The position numbers and the translations under genes are program-made. A stretch of DNA of 64,000 bases from a virus: IMG/VR virus record IMGVR_UViG_3300042013_000065. One strand, given 5' to 3'. The notes under the pieces were generated by a model that did no database searches, was not told the DNA's origin, and saw only the letters and a list, made by a program, of their open reading frames with translations. Positions 18,745 through 27,033 of the stretch are shown here, in pieces; the first letter of the stretch is position 1; each line of letters starts with the position of its first letter.

Positions 18745-19431
18745 TTAGCCTTTTCTTGGGCAAATAAATTCAACGTAGGTCTGCGACATAGTGTCCGCAA
18801 ATTCCGATGCCAGCAACGGTGGGCACGTCGGGAACGTTGCAACAATTTTGTGAACCTTCACTTCGGACACGTTGCGGAGTTTCCACAAGTCGATATTTCG
18901 CAGGCATTTGATATCTGCAAAAATGTTGATCGTGTCAGCAGTGGATTTAACGAACGGTGTTGTCACAGCAGGTTGCTCTGCCATGTACGCTTCCACAAGC
19001 TCCACGTAAGACATCGAGAAATTCTTCGCCCGCGTCCTGTGCATAAAGCTCATGAATTTGTTGTAGTTCGAAAAATTCGAAGTCAGGTTGGAACGTGGAT
19101 AGCGAACCTGCAACAGAGGCACACCGTTGTTGCCTGTAACGTAACTGAATTCAGCGTTCGGATAATGCGAATTCAATTCGTCGCAAATCTCTGTCAACGT
19201 GGCGACGGCAAAGGTGTACTGCCGTGTTAGGTCAGGGCACACTTTGTATCGCTCAATTGCTTCAATCGCGCTTTCTTCGTCGCGAACGGTACGCGGTTTA
19301 TTCATGAACCCACGAATAGCAGCCGTTTTATCGGTGCGTGTACCGGTGCACGTAATCCATGGAAACTTAGGGTGATACCACATTTCGTTTTCAAGGATAA
19401 AACCCTGCGTTTCCAGAATCTTTTCGAACAT
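18745..19431 (-). CDS. Hypothetical protein
   Basis: 228-aa ORF. Confidence 0.7.
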   Translation of the reverse strand: MFEKILETQGFILENEMWYHPKFPWITCTGTRTDKTAAIRGFMNKPRTVRDEESAIEAIERYKVCPDLTRQYTFAVATLTEICDELNSHYPNAEFSYVTGNNGVPLLQVRYPRSNLTSNFSNYNKFMSFMHRTRAKNFSMSYVELVEAYMAEQPAVTTPFVKSTADTINIFADIKCLRNIDLWKLRNVSEVKVHKIVATFPTCPPLLASEFADTMSQTYVEFICPRKG

Positions 19432-19751
19432 TACTCAATCCTTGTTGAATTCAGATTTGCGCAGCGCATAAAGGCGGCTTCGTCAGCCTTGCCACGCGAT
19501 TTGATTTCGAGCGATTCGCTCTCACCCCAGCAGTTTACAGTTGCGTTGCCCTTGTCATCCACACCGACCGAACAGAAGCCCGCGCCCAATACTTTGTTAA
19601 CGCGGTAATCGCCGCCGTCACCGGTTGCATACGTGGTGATGTCTGCCATGTCTTTGTGCACGATGTTGTGCGGGAACATGATCGGAAATTCGAACTGTTG
19701 CAGACCGGTACGGAAATCGTTTGCACGAACAACGATGTATTTCATTTGCAT
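19431..19751 (-). CDS. Conserved small phage protein (MKY...H..A...GAGF...C.G.S.SL...SR family)
   Basis: Motif shared with 24981..25217 and the N-terminus of 62639..63499. Confidence 0.7.
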   Translation of the reverse strand: MQMKYIVVRANDFRTGLQQFEFPIMFPHNIVHKDMADITTYATGDGGDYRVNKVLGAGFCSVGVDDKGNATVNCWGESESLEIKSRGKADEAAFMRCANLNSTRIE

Positions 19752-19949
19752 TTACAGATGCTCCAAAAGCTCGCCGGTTTCAGCGAAGTGTTTAATGTGA
19801 GGCCACAGAAGGCGGGCCTTGTCTTTGTTCAGCAGCATGCACATTTCTTTCACGCCGAGACGCAGAAAATTATCGGGAGAACCCGCCTGTACGGTTTGCA
19901 AATGACATTCTGCACCCAAGGCATCTTTAAACGATTTGATTTCGCTCAT
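19752..19949 (-). CDS. Hypothetical protein
   Basis: GAGG RBS; coupled. Confidence 0.6.
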   Translation of the reverse strand: MSEIKSFKDALGAECHLQTVQAGSPDNFLRLGVKEMCMLLNKDKARLLWPHIKHFAETGELLEHL

Positions 19950-19950
19950 G

Positions 19951-20193
19951 TCAGCCTCGTTTGTGTAACATGTAGCCGGGAATGTACATGCCGTTTGGAA
20001 AGTTTTCTTTGATGAAATCTTCCATGGTGCGTTGCTTGCGACCGGTCGGTGTACCTTGCCAAGTCGGCGGCTGTTCTACGAATTTCATGCCTGCAATTTC
20101 TTGCGGACTGAAATCGGTTTGGCTGCCACACAACCGGTGTTCCGGCGCGCTGTAGAAATCAGAATCAGGTGCTTCGTACTCCTTCGACATCAA
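19951..20193 (-). CDS. Hypothetical protein
   Basis: GGAGG RBS. Confidence 0.6.
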   Translation of the reverse strand: MMSKEYEAPDSDFYSAPEHRLCGSQTDFSPQEIAGMKFVEQPPTWQGTPTGRKQRTMEDFIKENFPNGMYIPGYMLHKRG

Positions 20194-20456
20194 TCCTCCA
20201 AGATATATACGAATTTTTGATTGGGGAAAAGCGCAGGCAGCGTAAACGTTTGTTGCATCTTGTTGGAAGTATCAACGTCGGTTACGACGGTGTGTTTGTG
20301 ATATTTACGCAGTTTGAATTTTGCACCGTCGCTCGTAATGCAGTCAGGGCGCGCAGCTACACTGCCGTAACAGTCCATCTGCTTTCCGAATGCTTGCGCC
20401 TCTTCTACGGAAGCGAAGCGTTTTTCAACAGTTGTTTCGAGAAACAATCCAGACAT
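20190..20456 (-). CDS. Hypothetical protein
   Basis: Coupled ORF. Confidence 0.6.
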   Translation of the reverse strand: MSGLFLETTVEKRFASVEEAQAFGKQMDCYGSVAARPDCITSDGAKFKLRKYHKHTVVTDVDTSNKMQQTFTLPALFPNQKFVYILED

Positions 20457-20459
20457 AAA

Positions 20460-20606
20460 TCACCGAACAGGAATAGAAACCCAACGCCCGCGAACGATTG
20501 CGAAGCGCACACGATCACGAACTAATTCACCGTTTGCGCGAATCTTCACTGTGCCACTACTCCAGCGGAACAACTCACGCAAATATTTCGTTCGGCGTTT
20601 GTTCAT
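20460..20606 (-). CDS. Small Arg-rich protein (48 aa, not in ORF track)
   Basis: MNKRRTKYLRELFRW...WVSIPVR*; ATGA overlap with the upstream gene; fills the gap. Confidence 0.55.
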   Translation of the reverse strand: MNKRRTKYLRELFRWSSGTVKIRANGELVRDRVRFAIVRGRWVSIPVR

Positions 20607-21208
20607 TCGTCACCCATTTTGCGACCGTCTGCATCGTCCCACGCAGCGGCGTCTTCGCACAGCTCACGGAAACCTTCGCTGAAATCTTGTTCACCGATTT
20701 CAACAACGGCTGGGTTTGGTGCAAGCGCCGGATCGAGGTGCGTAGTACCGGCCAACTGCATTTCACAGCAGTACGGGCAGTGGTACATACCGGACGGCGT
20801 ACCCAACAGCATTTCCGGGTGTTCTTTGCATTTGAAATCTTCGTTGCGGTAGAAACGAACGTACAAAGTCCGAATCATTTTCGTTTCTTCGTTCAGCAGC
20901 GCCCGTTCCGAAACGTGAAACTTGTTGTGGTCGATTTCCACAGTCGCAATGTAATCGCGAATGGCGTCAAGGTTGATGTCCTGATAATCGCCAGCCAGTT
21001 TGAAAACAAAGCACAAAGTGTCGATGCTTTCTTCGGGCAGAACCTTGCAGAAATCTTTACCGGCTTCGTATTTCAACGGCACGCAGTTATGCGGCAGATT
21101 GATTACGTCCATCGAAACGCGAGCGGCTGCTACTGGAACAAACTCAGGAACGTTGATGCCGAAAGCAGTTTGGCGGCAAGTACCGGTATATGCGACTTGA
21201 GTTTCCAT
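20603..21208 (-). CDS. Hypothetical protein with C-terminal Zn-finger-like motif
   Basis: C..H....GMYHCPYCCEM.LAG..H. Confidence 0.65.
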   Translation of the reverse strand: METQVAYTGTCRQTAFGINVPEFVPVAAARVSMDVINLPHNCVPLKYEAGKDFCKVLPEESIDTLCFVFKLAGDYQDINLDAIRDYIATVEIDHNKFHVSERALLNEETKMIRTLYVRFYRNEDFKCKEHPEMLLGTPSGMYHCPYCCEMQLAGTTHLDPALAPNPAVVEIGEQDFSEGFRELCEDAAAWDDADGRKMGDE

Positions 21209-21444
21209 TGGAATTTTGGCCCGTAGTAAATTGGTAGGGAATAATCACCGCTGTATTGCGGCTCTAAATACATTGCATGCGGCGGCTTTCGCCAGCCACG
21301 TTCATTTGCTTCTGTGCGCGGATACACAACGCACAGTGCAGGGTGAACACCGTACAACGAAATCAACGAACGTTCGTCTACGAAATGTTCTTGCCCGTCC
21401 GTGCGACTGGTCACGGTGCCGGGACAAATAACGTACAGCGCCAT
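21130..21444 (-). CDS. Conserved hypothetical phage protein
   Basis: MALYVICPG.V.S..DGQ.H.V....L..LYGV. Confidence 0.6.
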   Translation of the reverse strand: MALYVICPGTVTSRTDGQEHFVDERSLISLYGVHPALCVVYPRTEANERGWRKPPHAMYLEPQYSGDYSLPIYYGPKFQWKLKSHIPVLAAKLLSASTFLSLFQ

Positions 21445-21445
21445 G

Positions 21446-21874
21446 TCACGCACCGAACGGCTCCAAATGTTTATGCAGGCAAGTGATACAACGGCGTCCG
21501 TTATCGTATTCGAATTCCGAATCTGTACGCTCCAAATCCGCCCACACAGCGCCGTCTTCAACGTTGAGTTTTACCACCAGCCAAACGTGGCCTTCAAACA
21601 TTACCGGAATGTTGATTGCGTACGGAACGCGTGGGCCTTGTGCAACCACGATTGCGCCGCCCGGTTCATCCGACAGCAACGCTTCCAACAAACCGAAGTT
21701 TTCCGCCTCTTCCAACTTCAGGCACGCTTCGATATAGGTCAGCAAATGACTGTTCATGCTGCGGTGGTTTACACGCGCAAAAGCTTCAATCTTTTCACGC
21801 CAGCCGTCCGGCAAACGAACAACGAATTTGTCGGCGGTGCGGCTGTTGTACAAGGCTTGTTTAACTGGTTTCAT
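21446..21874 (-). CDS. amrZ: AmrZ (AlgZ)-like Arc/RHH transcriptional regulator
   Basis: MKPVKQALYNSRTADKFVVRLPDGWREKIEAFARVNHRSMNS closely matches the Pseudomonas AmrZ N-terminus (MRPLKQA..SSRTADKFVVRLP.GMRE.IAEVAR.HHRSMNSE). Confidence 0.88.
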   Translation of the reverse strand: MKPVKQALYNSRTADKFVVRLPDGWREKIEAFARVNHRSMNSHLLTYIEACLKLEEAENFGLLEALLSDEPGGAIVVAQGPRVPYAINIPVMFEGHVWLVVKLNVEDGAVWADLERTDSEFEYDNGRRCITCLHKHLEPFGA

Positions 21875-22518
21875 TTCTTTGTCCGTTTGGCGAGTTTTGG
21901 AACGGCCTGCATTGCGTTGGTAACGAGTTCGACTTCTGCATCACTCAGCAATTGGTGCATGGTGGCCGGTGTGCCGCGCTTGAACATGAACTTGATGATT
22001 TCAGCAGCACGAACAGACAAACGTTCCGCAAGAATCGCCACGGTAATATCTGACCTTTCTTCCGGTCGCTCTTCTGTCGCTGCACCTACAACGTGATTTG
22101 CAGCAGCGTCGATTGCAGCCAGTTGGCGCAACAGCATGTCTTTTTCCCAATTGTCGCCGAAAAAGAATTTGTTCAAACCTTTGATGTCGTGGCCGTCCAG
22201 ACTGAATTCACCGTTCACACGATCAACGCTATCGAGCGAGATATGTTCCATTGCGTGGTAAGCGGCTGCAACTTCCATCACGTCGATGCCGTAATACTTT
22301 GCCCAATTGTTGATCGTGACATCACTGAATGGGAAATACCCGTTGCCGGGAACTTTACGTTCTTTGCCAGCCTGCACAGCGCGATCTTTTTCAATGCCTT
22401 CGCGAATGTAGCGCAGCGTCAGTTCATGCAAACCTTTGAATGTGCCGTCGCTGAATTTTTTCAGCTCTTCAAACAGGTCATCCGGCACACGTGGGCGGTA
22501 AGGAGTTGGACGATTCAT
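21871..22518 (-). CDS. RHH domain fused to translation initiation factor IF2 N-terminal (IF2_N) domain
   Basis: N-terminal YRPRVPDDLFEELKK...LHELTLRYIREGI (RHH); C-terminal ITVAILAERLSVRAAEIIKFMFKRGTPATMHQLL (IF2_N). Confidence 0.75.
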   Translation of the reverse strand: MNRPTPYRPRVPDDLFEELKKFSDGTFKGLHELTLRYIREGIEKDRAVQAGKERKVPGNGYFPFSDVTINNWAKYYGIDVMEVAAAYHAMEHISLDSVDRVNGEFSLDGHDIKGLNKFFFGDNWEKDMLLRQLAAIDAAANHVVGAATEERPEERSDITVAILAERLSVRAAEIIKFMFKRGTPATMHQLLSDAEVELVTNAMQAVPKLAKRTKK

Positions 22519-22902
22519 TTAGATAATCCCGTAGTCGATGGCGACAGGCTTGCCGTTAATCATGCCAATGGAACACACTTTGTTTTCCACAATCTTTTTG
22601 ATCGTGTCTTTGTTGAGTCCTTCGACTTGTTCAACAAGCTTCCAGAATTCTTCAACATATGCGAAACGATCTTCGGCGTCGTAGCTTTTCACGTCAGCAC
22701 GCGGCATGACGATAACGATACATCCCCACGAACGCCACAGCACAGGAGCCAGCAGCGGCGTATCCAAATGGCTGAACGAATATTCTGTGTCATTGCACAA
22801 AATACCTTGCAGGAAATTCCGCCAGTGCTTAATCATGGGAAACTTGATCGCGTACTTACCAATCAGCAAAACACTTCTGGTAGAGCCGTGCTTCCATTTC
22901 AT
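22519..22902 (-). CDS. Minimal protein-kinase-like protein
   Basis: GSTRSV (G-loop), YAIK, N..E (helix C), IVMPR, ENK..SIG, AIDYG. Confidence 0.65.
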   Translation of the reverse strand: MKWKHGSTRSVLLIGKYAIKFPMIKHWRNFLQGILCNDTEYSFSHLDTPLLAPVLWRSWGCIVIVMPRADVKSYDAEDRFAYVEEFWKLVEQVEGLNKDTIKKIVENKVCSIGMINGKPVAIDYGII

Positions 22903-23162
22903 TTTCTTTTCCTAAAAGAATTCAACTTTCGCATTTCTTCGACTGTTAAAACGGTGCTGGCTTCGTATGGAACTCTTTTGCCTTTGTAATGGTTGATAAC
23001 AATACCCAAGCCATTATATTTCACACCGTTCAACAAATCGAGAATCAACGTCAGTTTTAATTTGCGTTGCCGAGCATACCAATCAACGGTGGTAATTCCT
23101 CCCGTCGAAAGGTCATGCTGTTGTGGATACCAGTTTGCTCCCGGTGTGGATTTCACCGGCAA
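22899..23162 (-). CDS. Hypothetical basic protein
   Basis: Coupled ORF. Confidence 0.55.
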   Translation of the reverse strand: MPVKSTPGANWYPQQHDLSTGGITTVDWYARQRKLKLTLILDLLNGVKYNGLGIVINHYKGKRVPYEASTVLTVEEMRKLNSFRKRK

Positions 23163-24007
23163 ATGTCGTTGAACGAAAGCTCTGCAAAGTTTTTGCCGTT
23201 GTCCATAAAGAACGAATACTTTTCAGCAGGCGTCAGCAATTGGCGATATTTTTCACCGTCCGAAATTGCTAGCTTTTCAGGCTTGCCGTTCACGTACTGG
23301 ATAACGGTCATACCATTACCGCTAACGTCCAAACGGGTTTCGGTTTCAACTGTGCTTTCATCGTGTGCACGCCAGTCAAGAATCTGATAATAGCGATACG
23401 AAACCGTGCGTGTTCCGGTGACGGTGCGTTCACCCACTTTGAAAATGCAGTTCTTTTGCGCCGACGTGTATTTGTCCCATGCTGGCACAATCGTTTTGAA
23501 ATTGTAGTAGCCCCACACGCCAGCACCGACGATGCACAGGAACACCAGCGACCACACGGCGAACAGGAAGGCCCGTATACGCGTTTTGAGGCGTTGTGTG
23601 AACGCTTGGCGGGCTTCCATGCGTTTCTTTGCCCGCTCTTCAGCAGCAGCGTTTGAGCGGCCATCCTCTAGGGACGTTTGCAGCTTCGCAAAAGTGGCGT
23701 CGAGCTTGGCGCGGTGTTCCGGGTCATCAATGCGCGAATAGTCGCCGAGACGGCCCACGACACCATCGCGCCCCATGTCTTTCAAATCAGCCGGGTCACG
23801 TTGAACGCGATCACCTTGCCACGTGCGATTTATATCGTCGTAATCGGCAATTAAATTGTTCCTTGCCTCTTCGGATACAGGAGGAATAGAACGATCAATT
23901 TGTTCGATAAAAGTTTTACGATTTCTTGCCTGTGTGTCTGCGCGAAGTTCTGCGTCCAGCGCCAAATCCAATTCACGGTCGGCGTCACGGGTGGCTTGAT
24001 CAGTCAT
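23153..24007 (-). CDS. Single-pass membrane protein
   Basis: Start MTDQATRD; central TM FLFAVWSLVFLCIVGAGVWGYY. Confidence 0.7.
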   Translation of the reverse strand: MTDQATRDADRELDLALDAELRADTQARNRKTFIEQIDRSIPPVSEEARNNLIADYDDINRTWQGDRVQRDPADLKDMGRDGVVGRLGDYSRIDDPEHRAKLDATFAKLQTSLEDGRSNAAAEERAKKRMEARQAFTQRLKTRIRAFLFAVWSLVFLCIVGAGVWGYYNFKTIVPAWDKYTSAQKNCIFKVGERTVTGTRTVSYRYYQILDWRAHDESTVETETRLDVSGNGMTVIQYVNGKPEKLAISDGEKYRQLLTPAEKYSFFMDNGKNFAELSFNDICR

Positions 24008-24605
24008 TGGTAAATTCCTTGTACTTGGCGAAGTGAGCGATTTTCTCGGCGTTGTGTTCTGCAATCGCGGCATCGTTGGTTTGCACGATGTCACACGGAT
24101 AAACGACCGTGTTCTCGCAGATGAAACGGCAGCGATTAGGCATGTCTTTCACGAACAGCAATTTGTTGCACAGAATGTCGTAGTTAACGATCAAACTGGT
24201 ATCCGCTACAAGATACACATTCGCATCGGTGCGTGGAATGAAGTTGTACAAAACTGCTTGGCTGGTGCCTTCAATCCAGAACAAATGTGCAGGGCGGTCG
24301 CGGAAAATATATTTCGGCAACCAGCGGCCTTTGTCGTTCAGAATCGAATGCTGAATGCTGCGGGCGTACGTGCGCAAATCGTAATCGCGCTGATATTGCA
24401 CACCGTCGAAATGCTTCTGCAAAACATCCCACGTTAATTTGCAACGTTTGCGGGCCTGCATGATACGATTGGCAACACGCTTTTTCGCAATGTCATCGAC
24501 CGTCAGCCTTTCGCACCGACTTTCTAAAAGCTTGCGAACTTCTGAAACAGGCATCATCTGCATACCGACTTGGTGCATTGTGCTGTGTGTAAATGAATCC
24601 GTCAT
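24000..24605 (-). CDS. Hypothetical protein
   Basis: 201-aa coupled ORF. Confidence 0.65.
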   Translation of the reverse strand: MTDSFTHSTMHQVGMQMMPVSEVRKLLESRCERLTVDDIAKKRVANRIMQARKRCKLTWDVLQKHFDGVQYQRDYDLRTYARSIQHSILNDKGRWLPKYIFRDRPAHLFWIEGTSQAVLYNFIPRTDANVYLVADTSLIVNYDILCNKLLFVKDMPNRCRFICENTVVYPCDIVQTNDAAIAEHNAEKIAHFAKYKEFTND

Positions 24606-24967
24606 ACCTTGCGTCCTAATGTCGTTAAGTCCATATCGTCAGTAATGTACTGCAAGCCGCCTTTGTTGTAGAGCGGCGCAATACGTTTTTTCTTACGTTC
24701 GATTTCCACTTGAGCCAACTTCTCGCGCATTTCGAAATCATCAACTTCGAACGCGAATGTATCGGGTTTGTCTAACACTGTGCCAGCGAGACTTTTGTAC
24801 GGTGACACGTCCGAACGGTAAGCGACAGATAAATCATTGTCCTTTGCCTTTTTTCGTACGGCTTTCCCATCAGGATTGCGGCCTAGCTGCTTGGACAAGC
24901 GTGCGATTTCTGCCGCCTCTTTTTCTCTCGCTTGTTTGCGCTGCTGTTGCTGTCTGCGTGTAAGCAT
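24602..24967 (-). CDS. Conserved hypothetical phage protein
   Basis: C-terminal APLYNKGGLQYITD...GRK motif recalled from large myophages. Confidence 0.65.
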   Translation of the reverse strand: MLTRRQQQQRKQAREKEAAEIARLSKQLGRNPDGKAVRKKAKDNDLSVAYRSDVSPYKSLAGTVLDKPDTFAFEVDDFEMREKLAQVEIERKKKRIAPLYNKGGLQYITDDMDLTTLGRKV

Positions 24968-24980
24968 TTTATGAAACCTT

Positions 24981-25217
24981 TTACTCGATGAAATCCGCGT
25001 GGCGCAGCAGCACTTCGTCTTTCATGCCACGGCTACCAACCTCGTTACCCTTTACAGTTATTGTCCCTTGGCACGTGATGAACATTTGGTGAACAACTGC
25101 ATCGCCACCGCTGACCACTTTGGCGCCGAGTGCATCAACGATCTTGTCAACGTCGATGCCTTTGCCGATGATCATAGACGCTTCTTTACCGTCGATAGAA
25201 ACTACGAGATATTTCAT
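24981..25217 (-). CDS. Divergent paralog of 19431..19751
   Basis: MKYLVV...VVSGG...CQG...SRG.KDE. Confidence 0.55.
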   Translation of the reverse strand: MKYLVVSIDGKEASMIIGKGIDVDKIVDALGAKVVSGGDAVVHQMFITCQGTITVKGNEVGSRGMKDEVLLRHADFIE

Positions 25218-25453
25218 TATTTGCTCCGGGGAATTTGTTGCAGTTGAGGGGAAACTTTGTGACGCTGTTCGCGATCAAGATCAGCCAGCGCTTTTATTGC
25301 AGGGAACGCCGCGTCGAATTCAGCCAGCAGTTTTGAAGCGTTTTCGATTACCTGCGGCGTGAAATCTACCAACGTCTTTTTAGTGGTTGCGTATTTCAGC
25401 GGCCACAAAGCGTTGTCGAGCGCGGAACCTTTTGGAAAACCTGTTTCGTTCAC
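25217..25453 (-). CDS. Hypothetical protein
   Basis: GAGG RBS, GTG start. Confidence 0.55.
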   Translation of the reverse strand: MNETGFPKGSALDNALWPLKYATTKKTLVDFTPQVIENASKLLAEFDAAFPAIKALADLDREQRHKVSPQLQQIPRSK

Positions 25454-25455
25454 GA

Positions 25456-25752
25456 CTACCTCAACAGACGGATAAATTCTTCGTTGATAGGTGCGTCAAC
25501 GCTAACGTCTTCGCCTTCAAGGTCTGGCAACTGAATTTGAAAACCTTCAGGATGAAAAACAATACGGTATTCGTACGTATGATTTTCGTAGAACCAGAAA
25601 GACGCGGTGAATTTGTCGGTTTCCCACTCCACTTGCACGGCGTGTGGGTCGTCAACGATTTCAACGGTCGGTGCGTTCTTCGGCTGCAATGCAATCGTGA
25701 ATTTGATCGCTGCGGAAAACGCTGCGGAAAATACTTCGTGCCATTCTTTCAT
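25456..25752 (-). CDS. Hypothetical protein
   Basis: AAGGA RBS. Confidence 0.6.
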   Translation of the reverse strand: MKEWHEVFSAAFSAAIKFTIALQPKNAPTVEIVDDPHAVQVEWETDKFTASFWFYENHTYEYRIVFHPEGFQIQLPDLEGEDVSVDAPINEEFIRLLR

Positions 25753-25766
25753 GTTTACAGTTCCTT

Positions 25767-26174
25767 TTAGCTGTTGCGTTTAACCGTAGTACCGCCATCA
25801 ACCAGCAGTGTTACGGTGTAATTCTCGTTACCCATTGACCAGCGATACAGGGCACGCCGCCACGCCGCTTTTTTGCGGTTCGTCATACGTTGTTGTTCTG
25901 GTGTAAGCAGATAGTCGAAGGAACATTTTTGCCCGACTTCCAAACGCTGCACAGCTTCGTACAAACGATTAATGTTCAACGCCCAATTGACGCGGAACAT
26001 TTCATCGCGGTCAGTGTCGGTCATCGGTTTAAGCGCCACACAAACCGTACGCTCTACGGGCAGCGCTTTATCCAGTGTTTCAAACACGACTTCTTCAAAC
26101 GTTTTCTTGTTCTTTACTGCGTAGCTTGCAATACGACGTGCGAGATTGTCGTCGTAATCCATAATAATATTCAT
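25767..26174 (-). CDS. RHH-like DNA-binding protein
   Basis: IIMDYDDNLARRIASYAVKNKKTFEEVVFETL (CopG/Arc pattern). Confidence 0.55.
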   Translation of the reverse strand: MNIIMDYDDNLARRIASYAVKNKKTFEEVVFETLDKALPVERTVCVALKPMTDTDRDEMFRVNWALNINRLYEAVQRLEVGQKCSFDYLLTPEQQRMTNRKKAAWRRALYRWSMGNENYTVTLLVDGGTTVKRNS

Positions 26175-26245
26175 ATGTAATCCTTATAGCTTGTCCCACA
26201 TGCCAAAAAGGCGGTCGAGTTCTTTTGACTGCGCAGCGTTTGGAA

Positions 26246-26440
26246 CTATGGGATTCGTTCCCAATGTGCGGGTATGATTTCGCACGCTATCTTTGCTTTG
26301 ATTTTCTCGGCTTCGGGAAGTGTGAACTGCTGCGCCCGGATTCTGCTTTTGCACGACATTACCTTTGTATGTGTTTCGTCAAGTGAGTGAATGTATTCGC
26401 CGCCAGCAAGACGGCATACGTACCATTTACAGTTCGCCAT
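26246..26440 (-). CDS. Hypothetical protein
   Basis: 64-aa ORF. Confidence 0.55.
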   Translation of the reverse strand: MANCKWYVCRLAGGEYIHSLDETHTKVMSCKSRIRAQQFTLPEAEKIKAKIACEIIPAHWERIP

Positions 26441-26445
26441 GGCTG

Positions 26446-27033
26446 TTACTCCCGCGCTGCCATACGCCGTCTGTGACGGGCATCTTCTTCGTCTTTCAAT
26501 TTCTGCCGCTGTGCTTCTTCTGCATCACGTGCAGTGACGTACGAATACGACGTGTGCAGACTGACTAAACAAATCATGGCGATAACGCAGGTAATGATTG
26601 CGAAAAAGATTCGCACCAAATCGAAAAAGACTTTGTAGTTTTCCATGCCTTCCGCATCATGAACACCAGCACGCGAAGCCAGCATGTTGACCTGTACCTG
26701 AATGCCATGACCGCTCTTTTCACGCAGGAATTTTTGATACAAACCGCCGCTCATTTCATACGTGTAAAACTTTCCCGTTTCATTATCGCGAAACGTGCCT
26801 TCCCACTGCTCACGACCGGTTCCGTATTTGCCTGTGTTGTATGGCCATGCGTCAACGATGGTCGCATCACGAACGGACTTGGTATTGACCGTTTCGTAAA
26901 AGCTGACGCGTTCCTGCGCGATGCAGAAAATCGCTAGAGCAAGGCACGCAGCAACGAACCAGTAAAACGGTGCGCCGTAGTAGCCGAAATATTTATAGTT
27001 TTGTGGAACCTTTGGTTCGTCTTCACCGTACAT
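26446..27033 (-). CDS. Two-TM membrane protein
   Basis: Hydrophobic segments flanking a soluble loop. Confidence 0.7.
   Translation of the reverse strand: MYGEDEPKVPQNYKYFGYYGAPFYWFVAACLALAIFCIAQERVSFYETVNTKSVRDATIVDAWPYNTGKYGTGREQWEGTFRDNETGKFYTYEMSGGLYQKFLREKSGHGIQVQVNMLASRAGVHDAEGMENYKVFFDLVRIFFAIITCVIAMICLVSLHTSYSYVTARDAEEAQRQKLKDEEDARHRRRMAARE

Noticed and set aside
26185-26264. Tiny ORF or readthrough extension after 26246..26440
   Set aside because: No clear RBS or start; cannot be supported
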